From NCBI GenBank assembly GCA_031387725.1, contig JANNDM010000013.1, positions 7,134-71,133 on the forward strand: a stretch of 64,000 bases of DNA. Direction: 5' to 3'. The number at the start of each line of letters is the position of its first letter. The first letter of the stretch is position 1. Source of the stretch: Verrucomicrobiota bacterium (lineage in GTDB: Bacteria > Verrucomicrobiota > Verrucomicrobiia > Opitutales > Opitutaceae). This document shows positions 8,632-18,100 of this stretch, one piece after another. The position numbers and the translations under genes are program-made. The notes below the pieces were generated by a model. The model had not been told where the DNA came from, did not search any database, and saw nothing but the letters and a program-made list of their open reading frames with translations.

Positions 8632-11037
8632 TTAAAACAAGGAGCCTTTGTGCCCCAGGGTATAGGTGACAAAGAATGAGCGGGCGTCGCCCGTGAGGAT
8701 GCGGTTCGCGCCACCGGAGCCGGGCTTTAAATATTCCTCGTCAGTCACGTTGTTGATGTTGAGCGCGAAGGTGTGCGACAGATTGGAATTGGTCGGCAGG
8801 CGGTAGCGCAGTCCAATGCTCCAGATGGAATAGGCCGGGGCCGTGAGCTTCCATTGCTCGGTGGAGCGGGAGATCACGGTGGAGGTCGTGCTGAGGTGGG
8901 TGTCGCCCGCGATCGGATCCTCGGTCGGGGTCTCGCCGACGAAGGTCACACCGACGTTGGCGGAAAAGCCCTTAAGCATCCCGCTGGCCGGCGTATACTT
9001 CAGGCTCAGGCTGCCGTTGTAAGGCGCCACGAACTGGACTTTGCGGCCGATGGCTTGGGGATTGAAGGTGCCGAAGTCGGTGTAGATCGAGTGCACATCC
9101 CCATAACTGCCGAGGAGCGAGAGCTCGCGGGAAAGGCTCCAGGTGGCGTCGACTTCAAAGCCCCGGACCAATTGATTACCATCGCGCCGCTGGACGGAAA
9201 GGCCGGTCACCTGGTCGATGTCGGCGACCGACACATTCTCACGGTTGATATAGAAACCGCTGACAGTGTAGGTGAGGCGATTATCGAGGAGGGAGCCCTT
9301 AAACCCGAAGTCCCAGCCATCGGCGATTTCTGATTTGTAGGAAGGATTCGCGATCTCGACCGGGTTGTCCCCTTGGGCGATGAAATAACTTTCGCTGTAG
9401 TTCGCAAAGACGCGGAAGTTGTCCTTGATCTTGTAATTCACGCCCACGTTGGGCTTGAGCTCGCTGACCGTCTTCTCGATCAGGTCGCCCGGCACGTAAG
9501 CCGGGAGGAAAGAGGTGAACGAGGAGGCGGCCGTGATATAATCCCGATGGCTGAATTTGACGGAATCAAAGCGAGCGCCGGTATAGAACAGCAGTTTGCC
9601 GTCCAGCAATGCGGATTGGTGGCGGAGCAGGCCGCCGGTCGCGGTGGTATGGCGCTTCATCTTGCGGGTGGAGACGTAGCCATTCACCGGGTCGTGTTCC
9701 TTGGTGAAGTAAACCAGGGGGGCAACCGGGTTCAGGTTGGCATCCAGCGTGACCGTGCGGACCGCGTTCCAAGCGACGATGTCGGGATGGGTGGCGGCGG
9801 AGTATTGGATGGTCGGGTCCCAACGATGGTAGAGATTGTAGTCAAACGTGAGCAGGGTGCGGTGCTCGATCTTGCGGTTGTTGGTCCAGTAGTGGGCCAG
9901 CAAGTCGGCTTGGAAGGCGCCGCCGTCCTCGGTGATGCGACCCCACTGCGGGATGGAGGTGCCGCCGCCGCGCTGGGAGGTGGGGGCGGCCCCGGTCGAG
10001 CGGTTGATGTTGATCAGGCTCCAGGACTGGTTCGAGTTATAGTCATCGCGCCGGGCGGCATAGCGGTTGGCGGAGAGCTTGGCGCTGAAGACCGGGCTGA
10101 GGGTCTTCTCGTAGGTTGCGGTCAAGGAGGTGTTGCCCCGGTTGAGGCGGCTGAGCGGACCATAGGTGCTGATATTGTTCAGGTTGAGCGCGTAGCCGAT
10201 GGCGCGGTCATCGTTCTGGTCGAGCGTGCCTTTTTGGTCGACCACCACCGGGGCCGGGGCCGGGGGTGAATTGCGGATCTGGGTGAAGTCCTCCAAGGAC
10301 AGGAAAAGCTTGTCGCCGTTTTTGAACGCATGGTCAAAGGCCAGATAGTATTCCTTGTTGCGCAGCAGGGCGAAATTCACGTCGAAGTCGCGCTGATAGT
10401 CGCTGGCGGTGAGGACGAAGTTGGTCTTGCCCCAGGTGCCGGAGTAGAGGGGACCCGTGGCCTCATAGGTCATGCGCTTCGTGCCATAATCGCCGTAGTT
10501 GTAGGTGAAGGATTGGCTGGCGGTGGGCTTGGGCTGCTTGGAGATCATGTTCATCATGCCGCCGGGGGAGGAGCGGCCATAGATGGCGGCGCTGGAGCCC
10601 TTGATGATCTCGATGCGATCCACATTGCTGGAGCCGTAGCGGCCGAGGCGAAAAAACCCGTCGCGCAGTTGGTTGGAGGAGACGAAGCCGCGCAGCAGGA
10701 AATTACCGCCGACATCGAGACCGGTGAAACTGCTGATGTGCGTCACGTTGTCGGCGAGTTCAAAGAGGCCGAAATCGGAGAGGAACTCGCTGGTCAGGAC
10801 GTTGACCGTGTAGGGCAGGTCGATGATCTGGGTCTTCACCCGGCTGCCGGTCATGGATTCGGAGACGGTGTAGCCGCGATCCTCCTTGGAGGTGACTTGG
10901 AACGGCGAGAGTTCGACCGTCTCAGATGCTGGAGGCGTGGCCGCAGTCTGGGCCAGCAGGTGGGTCGAGGCAATCAACAGGCCGAGGGCGGCCGGAACGG
11001 AACGGGCGAGGGTTCGCAACATGACGGATGGGTGCAT
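8632..11037 (-). CDS. TonB-dependent receptor
   Basis: Signal peptide; TVELSPFQVT, SNVDRIEIIKGSSAAIYG plug motif; ends in F. Confidence 0.88.
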   Translation of the reverse strand: MHPSVMLRTLARSVPAALGLLIASTHLLAQTAATPPASETVELSPFQVTSKEDRGYTVSESMTGSRVKTQIIDLPYTVNVLTSEFLSDFGLFELADNVTHISSFTGLDVGGNFLLRGFVSSNQLRDGFFRLGRYGSSNVDRIEIIKGSSAAIYGRSSPGGMMNMISKQPKPTASQSFTYNYGDYGTKRMTYEATGPLYSGTWGKTNFVLTASDYQRDFDVNFALLRNKEYYLAFDHAFKNGDKLFLSLEDFTQIRNSPPAPAPVVVDQKGTLDQNDDRAIGYALNLNNISTYGPLSRLNRGNTSLTATYEKTLSPVFSAKLSANRYAARRDDYNSNQSWSLININRSTGAAPTSQRGGGTSIPQWGRITEDGGAFQADLLAHYWTNNRKIEHRTLLTFDYNLYHRWDPTIQYSAATHPDIVAWNAVRTVTLDANLNPVAPLVYFTKEHDPVNGYVSTRKMKRHTTATGGLLRHQSALLDGKLLFYTGARFDSVKFSHRDYITAASSFTSFLPAYVPGDLIEKTVSELKPNVGVNYKIKDNFRVFANYSESYFIAQGDNPVEIANPSYKSEIADGWDFGFKGSLLDNRLTYTVSGFYINRENVSVADIDQVTGLSVQRRDGNQLVRGFEVDATWSLSRELSLLGSYGDVHSIYTDFGTFNPQAIGRKVQFVAPYNGSLSLKYTPASGMLKGFSANVGVTFVGETPTEDPIAGDTHLSTTSTVISRSTEQWKLTAPAYSIWSIGLRYRLPTNSNLSHTFALNINNVTDEEYLKPGSGGANRILTGDARSFFVTYTLGHKGSLF

Positions 11038-11112
11038 GGGGTCAGACGGTTGGGTTGGTCAGGGGCAGACTAGGGGGGCACGGGCACAGAGGTGGCCGCA
11101 CTACTCGGGCTC

Positions 11113-11156
11113 ACCTTACCGATAGTCCCGGCGGACGGCTATCGGGCGTTTGTATG
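11113..11156 (-). promoter_or_regulatory. Candidate activator-dependent promoter of the TonB receptor/sulfatase operon
   Basis: Minus strand: GCCCGAT, 22 nt, then TAAGGT (11113-11118). Directly downstream of the NarL-type regulator gene. Confidence 0.4.
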
Positions 11157-11209
11157 AGTATGGGCTCCGGATCTTACCAACTAGCGATTCACCGGGGCTG
11201 GGAGCCCGC

Positions 11210-11839
11210 CTAATCATGCCCCAAGAACTTGATCACCGCTTCCGTGCGGGTCTGGACATGAAGCTTCCCATAGACCGTATGGATATGGGTGCGGACCGTG
11301 CTCATGGTAATGCCGAGTTGGTCGGCTATCTCCTTGTAAAGACAGCCTTTAGCCAACAGTCGGAGGATTTCATTTTCCCGGTTGCTCAACTGTTCCATGT
11401 CTGACGCGGCCTTTTGCATCTGGTGAAAATGGGTGACGACCTTGCGGGCGATCTGCATGGACATGGGCGCGCCCCCGGCTTGGACCTGCCGGACGGAATC
11501 CACCAACTCCTCGGCCGGCATATTTTTTAACAAATAACCGTTCGCTCCCGCCCGCAGAGAGTTGAAGATCAAATCGCTCTCCTCGTAGGTGGTCAGCATG
11601 AGCACGTGCAAATCAGGCAGGATTTTTTTCAGCGCCGCCACGCACTCGATGCCGCTCATCCCCGGGAGATTGATGTCGACGAGGGCGACCTGGGGGCGCT
11701 CCAAGGGTATGCCTCGCAGGGCTGCCTCGCCTGACTCGTAGGCGGCGAGACATTTGATGTCAGCCACCCGGCTGAACAGCTTGATCAGGCTGTCGCGGGT
11801 TCCGGCTTTGTCTTCCACGATGGTGAGCGTGACTGGCAT
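11210..11839 (-). CDS. NarL/FixJ-family response regulator (REC + LuxR HTH)
   Basis: IVEDK, LVDINLPGMSG, GANGYLLK, LSNRENEILRLLAKGCLYKEIADQL..VRTHIHTVYGKLHV; start taken at MPVTL. Confidence 0.92.
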   Translation of the reverse strand: MPVTLTIVEDKAGTRDSLIKLFSRVADIKCLAAYESGEAALRGIPLERPQVALVDINLPGMSGIECVAALKKILPDLHVLMLTTYEESDLIFNSLRAGANGYLLKNMPAEELVDSVRQVQAGGAPMSMQIARKVVTHFHQMQKAASDMEQLSNRENEILRLLAKGCLYKEIADQLGITMSTVRTHIHTVYGKLHVQTRTEAVIKFLGHD

Positions 11840-11918
11840 GTTGGGAATTCCGGCAACATACACCGGGAATCACGAAAACAAATGCAATTCCCCCGAATCA
11901 GACGAATGTATGATAACC

Positions 11919-14900
11919 CTACGCCGGGGGTTGGAGCACAATCTCCAGATGGATCCGGGTGCCGGCACCCGCTTTGCTCTCAATCCGGAATAGGCCGCCT
12001 GCGGCCTCCATGCGTTGGCGCATGTTCCTGATGCCATCGGCATGGGCATCGACCGGCCCGGTCTCGAAACCGCAGCCATCGTCCTCGATGGCAACATGCA
12101 GGGTCCGGCTGCGGAGCGACGTTTTCAGCCAGACTTTGCGCGCCCCGGAATGCCGCACCACGTTGGTGAGGGCCTCCTTCGCGGCCAGGAACACGTGATG
12201 CCTGGTTTCCGGAGTCAGCGCCCATTCGGGCGGAGCGTCCGGGAGATCAACCTCGCACGCGATGCCGGCGGCGCGCAGGAATTCCACCGTGTATTGGCCC
12301 AGATAACTCACCAGGTGCGGCAGCGTGTCGTTGCCGGGATTGATCGCCCAGATCGTCTCATCCAAAGATTTTAGCACCTGCTGGGTGGTGGTGGTGATCT
12401 GCCGGACTTGCTGCCCCACATTCTCCGGCAGGTCGCGTTCCTGCAGCGCGATCTCGCTGATCAATTTGATGTGGGCGAGGCTGCCCCCAAGGTCGTCATG
12501 GATGTCGCGGGCGATGCGGGTGCGCTCCTGAAAGAGGGCGGCCTGCTGCTCGGCCAGCCGGAGCTTGGTCTGCAGACGCCGGAACGAAATCCAGCGCACC
12601 ACCGCCGTGACCACTCCGGTGAAGGCCCCGAGGGCGCCGAGGCGGAACCACCAGGTCTGCCAATAAAACGGATGGACGATCACCGCCAGCGTGGTGCCCT
12701 TTTCATTCCACACCCCGGCATCGTTGCTCCCCATCACCCGAAACTGATATTCGCCGGCGGGCAGCTGCGAATACCGGGCGGTCCGCTCCGTGACCGGTTC
12801 AGACCAATCGTCCCCGGAGCCTTCCAGGCGGTAGCGGTAGCGCACATTTTCCGGCGCGGAAAAACTCAGGGCGTAATAGTCGATCGTCAGGCGGCGATGT
12901 TCCGGCGGCAATTCCAACCGGCTGCCTGCCGCCCCGGCATCCGCCAGTGCCGGGCCCGGATTGAGGCGCAGGGGAAAGCGGCTGTCGCGCACGGCCACGA
13001 CTTGGTCGTCCACCGTCACCCGGTCGATGGCCACCGGGGGGGCGAGGGGATTGTCCCGCAACGCCTCGGGGTGCAACGCGAGCAAGCCCAGGCTGGTCGC
13101 GAGGAGGATCGTGCCATCGCGACCCTGGCTGACGGCCGGCGAATTATCATAATGCGGGTGTGGATTTGGCAGCCCTTCCGCGCGCCCATAAAGCCGCGGG
13201 CGCAACCGCGCTTGGCGGCCCTCGGCGACTGCGACCGCCTCAAGCAAGGGCAAGCGGTATAATCCGCGGGCGCTGGCCAGCCAGAGAAAGCCCGCCTGAT
13301 CTGAGGTCAACTGCCAGACAGAGTCATCCATCAATCCTTGGGTGGTGGTCAGGCGCGCATAGCGGCCGTTCTTGAAATGCCCGAGGCCCTTGTCCGCATA
13401 GCCGATCCAAAGACTGCCATCAGGCGTGGCATGCAAGCAGCGCACCGATGAGTTTTCGATCATGGACAGGTCCGGGTCGGGCACCATCTGATCACCGGCG
13501 GCCTTGAGCACCTGACCGTCCGAGGTGCCGGCCCAGATCGTGCCCGCCGCGTCCTGGGTGATGGTGCGCACATTTCTCGCCGGGCCCGGCAAGGTGCGCA
13601 ACCGAAGGGTGTTCGCCTTGATCTGACCCACGCTGGTGGGAGTATTGGACGAAAACCAAAGCGAATCGTCCGCCGCCACGAACAAACAGCGGATGGAATT
13701 GGTCAACAGTCCGTCCTTCTGGAGCCAGTTGCGCACCGTCCCGGCGCCGAGATTGATTTCGAACAGGCCCTGACCACGCGTGCCGACCCAGAGCCGGCCT
13801 TGTCGGTCGGTGGCGACACAGGCGGCCGACCCACCTGGCCAGAGCGGGCCCAGCGGGACCATGCTCCAATGCTTGCCGTCACCCCGCACCAGATGGCCCG
13901 ACGCCGTGGCCGCCCAGTATTGGCCGTTCAGATCCTGACAAACCGACGCCATCGAAGCCGAGGGCAGCCCCGCTGGCTCGCCCATCAATTCCAGGGCGCT
14001 GGGCCGCAGGCGGTGCAAGCCACCGCCGTTGGTTCCGGCCCAGATGTTGCCTTCGCGATCCTCCAGCAAATACCCGACCTGGGGGGCGGCCACGTTGATG
14101 GGCACCACCCGCCCCTGGTCGCAGCGAAATAACCCATGGGCCATCGTGCCCACCCATACCGCGCCCTCGCGGTCTTCCAGCACAACCAAGGGCCGGGCCC
14201 CGGCCGGCAGGTTGAACATTTTGACCGGGTCCATTCCGTCCTGCATCCGATAGAGATTCGCATCGGCGCACACCCAAATGCCGCCGGCTTTCGCCGAGCC
14301 CAGTGCGCCCTCGCGGTAGTCCAGGGCGGCGCGCGGAACAAACGCGGCGGATTGGATGAGGCCAAGATGGCCGTTGGAAAAACACCAAACATTGCCCTGC
14401 GAGTCGCGGGCCAGCGTGGCGCGGGTGGGGGGAGTGGGGCCCACCGGCAAAGCGAGTTCTTGGAATTTTCCCCCCACCATCCGTCCGACCCGGCTCCCGA
14501 TGGAGAGCCAGACGGTGCCATCGGTGGCTTCGGCCAGGCCGGTCAACTGACCAGCCGGCAAACCGCTCTCGGCGGTGATGACCTGCGACGCATCGCGGCT
14601 CAACCGCACCAGCGCATCGCGATAGGCCCCCACCCAAAGATTGCCTCGTGCATCCCCGAACATGGCGCGGGCGCCGTTGCCGGTGAGGCCCTTGATGGTG
14701 TCCATGTTGAACACCTCGAAACCCAGGCCATTGAAACGGGCCAGGCCGCTGCGGGTCGCGATCCAGAGATCGCCGGCGGGTAGTTGCACCAGTCCGGTGA
14801 TCCGGTTGTCGGGTAATCCGTCATCCGCTTGCCAGGTCCGGGCCGACCAATCCGGTGTCGGTGCGCCCGAGAGCACGGTTACTCCCGCCGTGAAGGCGAG

Positions 14901-14930
14901 CAACCGAAGCCAGCCCGGGGAGTTTTGCAT
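11919..14930 (-). CDS. Sensor histidine kinase with periplasmic beta-propeller (Reg_prop/Y_Y_Y) and HisKA_3-type domain
   Basis: WQADDGLPDNRI, repeated EDREGNIWAGT, YRYRLEG..YQFRV, TM PFYWQTWWF, ERTRIARDIHDDLG, EALTNVVRHS, DDGCGF. Confidence 0.9.
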   Translation of the reverse strand: MQNSPGWLRLLAFTAGVTVLSGAPTPDWSARTWQADDGLPDNRITGLVQLPAGDLWIATRSGLARFNGLGFEVFNMDTIKGLTGNGARAMFGDARGNLWVGAYRDALVRLSRDASQVITAESGLPAGQLTGLAEATDGTVWLSIGSRVGRMVGGKFQELALPVGPTPPTRATLARDSQGNVWCFSNGHLGLIQSAAFVPRAALDYREGALGSAKAGGIWVCADANLYRMQDGMDPVKMFNLPAGARPLVVLEDREGAVWVGTMAHGLFRCDQGRVVPINVAAPQVGYLLEDREGNIWAGTNGGGLHRLRPSALELMGEPAGLPSASMASVCQDLNGQYWAATASGHLVRGDGKHWSMVPLGPLWPGGSAACVATDRQGRLWVGTRGQGLFEINLGAGTVRNWLQKDGLLTNSIRCLFVAADDSLWFSSNTPTSVGQIKANTLRLRTLPGPARNVRTITQDAAGTIWAGTSDGQVLKAAGDQMVPDPDLSMIENSSVRCLHATPDGSLWIGYADKGLGHFKNGRYARLTTTQGLMDDSVWQLTSDQAGFLWLASARGLYRLPLLEAVAVAEGRQARLRPRLYGRAEGLPNPHPHYDNSPAVSQGRDGTILLATSLGLLALHPEALRDNPLAPPVAIDRVTVDDQVVAVRDSRFPLRLNPGPALADAGAAGSRLELPPEHRRLTIDYYALSFSAPENVRYRYRLEGSGDDWSEPVTERTARYSQLPAGEYQFRVMGSNDAGVWNEKGTTLAVIVHPFYWQTWWFRLGALGAFTGVVTAVVRWISFRRLQTKLRLAEQQAALFQERTRIARDIHDDLGGSLAHIKLISEIALQERDLPENVGQQVRQITTTTQQVLKSLDETIWAINPGNDTLPHLVSYLGQYTVEFLRAAGIACEVDLPDAPPEWALTPETRHHVFLAAKEALTNVVRHSGARKVWLKTSLRSRTLHVAIEDDGCGFETGPVDAHADGIRNMRQRMEAAGGLFRIESKAGAGTRIHLEIVLQPPA

Positions 14931-15121
14931 GAGTGATCGTCAGCTTGAATCTCCCGGCGACGCAAGACCGTGGATCGGCCGCACGACCGGCCATTCACGC
15001 GGAGTTCCAGGGGAACCCCGGTCGGCGGACACCCCGGGCCTCAATCGTTTGTTCGATGGCTCTCCCGTTGCAATGCGGCGGCGCGGTGGCTTCGCTGACC
15101 GCGGCGCAATGCCAGTTTTCC

Positions 15122-18100
15122 ATGCTTTTCTTCCCCGACTTTGATCTCGCCGCCCATGAGCGGCCGCGAGTGGTGCACATCGCGGAAGCCGCGTTGGGCA
15201 CGGAACCGCGCGCCCTTACCAGCGCGCGCAATCCCCGCAGCGCCGGCGGCGCGCATGATTTCTCCTCGGAGGGTGACTATTGGTGGCCGGACCCCGCCAA
15301 CCCGAACGGTCCCTATATCCGTAAGGACGGCCTGACCAATCCCGATAATTTCACCGCCCACCGCCAGTTGATGTTCGGCCTGGCGCGGGAGGTGGGCGCG
15401 CTCGCGGCGGCCTACGACCTGACGGGCGAGGAGCGCTTTGCCGCCGCGGCGCTGCGGCATTTGCGGCGCTGGTTCATCGAACCCGCGACGCGGATGAATC
15501 CCGACCTGCAATTCGCCCAGTCCATTCAGGGCGTCTCGAAAGGCCGGGGTATCGGCATCATCGACACCTTGCATCTCGCCGAGGTGGCGCTGGCGATCGA
15601 GGTCTTGCGCGGCTCGGCGCTGCTGACCGCGGCGGACGACACGGCGCTGACGGCCTGGTTTCGCGATTACCTCCACTGGATGCGCACGCATCCCAACGGC
15701 ATCGAGGAAATGAAGGCGGACAACAACCACGGCACCTGCTGGGTGTTGCAGGTCGCCTGCTTTGCCCGGCTGACCCGGGATGAGGCGGTGCTCGCGGAAT
15801 GCCGGCAGCGTCTGCGCGAAGTGCTTTTGCCCGGGCAGATGGCGCCGGATGGCGGTTTTCCGCGCGAGCTCGCCCGCACCAAGCCCTACGCTTATTCGAT
15901 CTTCAACCTCGACGTGATGAGCGCCCTCGCGGTCGTGCTCTCGACCCCGGACGACAATCTCATGGCGCGGGCCCTGCCCGACGGCCGGAGTCTGGTCAAA
16001 GGAGTGGAGTTCCTCGCCCCGTTTCTGGCCGACAAGTCCAAGTGGACCAAACCGCCAGACGTGATGTATTGGGCCGACTGGCCGGTGCGGCAACCGGCGC
16101 TGCTTTTTGGTGCCTTGGCGTCGGGCAACGAATCGTGGCTGAAACTCTGGCAGCGATTGCCCGCCGACTCCGCCATCGAGGAGATCCAGCGCAATTTTCC
16201 CGTGCGCTTCCCCACGCTGTGGCTGCGGCATCTGCGGCCCTCCACGCGGCCGGCGCGCGTGACCGTCAATTTCAACGCCGACTGGCGTTTCACAAAATCG
16301 GATCCCGCCGGGGCGCCGGCCCCGGGCTTTGACGACGCGCCGTGGGCGACGGTCTCGGCGCCGCACACGTTCAACGACACCGACACCTTCGACAACTGGT
16401 CGCTGCCCGGCCACCGCGGCGAACAGGAGCAATGGAGCGGGCGCACGTGGTATCGGAAAACATTCACAGCCCCGGCGGCATGGGCCGGCAAGAAGGTCTT
16501 CATCGAGTTCGAGGCCGTGCGCCAGGTCGCCGAGGTCTACCTGAACGGCCAGTTGCTCGGCACGGCCAAGGGCGGGTTCACGCCCTTTGGTTTCGATCTG
16601 ACGCCGCACTTGAAAATCGGCGCGCCCAACGTTTTGGCCGTCATGGCCGACAACCGGTTCATGAAGGATCCGCTCGATCCTTCGATCGCTCAGCAGGCGG
16701 CCACGACCGCCGCCACCCACCCCAATCTCTCTCAGCTCTCCAAGCAACTCATGGAGCAGATCCCGGCGACTCTTGAGGAGTTGCAGGCCGACCAGATCCC
16801 CTGGAACAACCCGCACTGGCATCCCGCCCACGGCGGCATCTATCGGAACGTGCGGCTCATCATCACGGACGCGTTGCACCTCACGCTGCCCCTCTATAGC
16901 TTTCTCCAAACGGAAGGCCCTTACGCTTACGCTACCGAGGTGACCGAGAAATCCGCGAAGATCGGCCTCGAGATTCCCGTTCGCAACGAGCGCTCCTCTG
17001 CGGCCGACGCGGAGATTACGGCCGAATTGTTCGACGCGAACGACAAGCTTGTCGCCGCCCTCAAGTTTACCGAGAGCATCGCGGCCGGTGAAACCAAGAA
17101 AATCGGCACCAGCATCGTCATTCCGCAGCCCCGCCTCTGGGAGCCCGCCTACCCGCACCTTTACCGCGTCGTGCTCAGCCTCAATGTTCGTAATACGAAC
17201 ATTGATCGCGTCGAGATCCCGCTCGGCATCCGCTCCATCTGGTGGGACGCCCAAGCCGGTCTCTTCGTCAACGGCGCGCATTTGAAGCTCCAGGGCTGGG
17301 GCCAGAAGCCGACCAACGAGTGGCCCGGCCTCGGCGCCGCGCAGCCGGACTGGATGCATTACTACACGGCCCAACTCATGCGCGACGCCGGGGGGAATTT
17401 CATCCGCTGGGGCCACGTCCCCGGTGGTCCCGCGCAGATCATCGCCGGCGACCGGCTGGGGATCATTGCCCTGCAACCCGGCGGTGATGGCGAACACGAC
17501 ACCGTCGGCGGTGCCTGGGCGCTGCGGGTGGCGGATTTCCGCGACCTCCTCATCTACTACCGGAACAATCCGTCCATCTTCATCTGGGAAGGCGGCAACC
17601 AGAAGGTCACCCGGGACCATGCCGCCGAACTGCGCGGCCTGATGGATCGTTACGATCCGCACGGCGGCCGGGCCTTTGCCTTCCGCCGGGCCGATGCCAT
17701 CACCGCCGAGTTCATGGACGTGGGCATCGGCACCGAGGGCGGGCGGGAGATCGCGCGCCTGCCGGTGGTCGAGGGCGAATACAATCGCGAGGAATCGCCG
17801 CGCCGGGTGTGGGACGATTTTTCGCCGCCGAACTTCGGCTATCCCGAGGGCAAGGGCCAGACCTACCAGCTCACCTCCGAGCAGTTCGCCGCCAACCAGG
17901 CCGGCCATTACGTGAAGAAACTCGGGGCGGAGAGCCACGCCGGCGGCGCCAACTGGATCTTCTCCGACAGCACCAGCGGTGGTCGCGTGGCCACGGAGGT
18001 CGCCCGCGCCAGCGGCGAGGTGGACGGGGTGCGCCTGCCCAAGGAGGCCTACTATGTCGTCGCCGCGATGTTCCGCGACGACCCGCAGGTCCATATCATC

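Noticed and set aside
11150-11404. 84-aa ORF antisense to the response regulator
   Set aside because: Typical shadow frame of a LuxR HTH coding region.
15006-15050. CAGGGGAACCCCGG and ACACCCCGG upstream of the lyase-GH2 fusion as regulon sites
   Set aside because: No CCCCAT and no -10-like hexamer at 22 nt.
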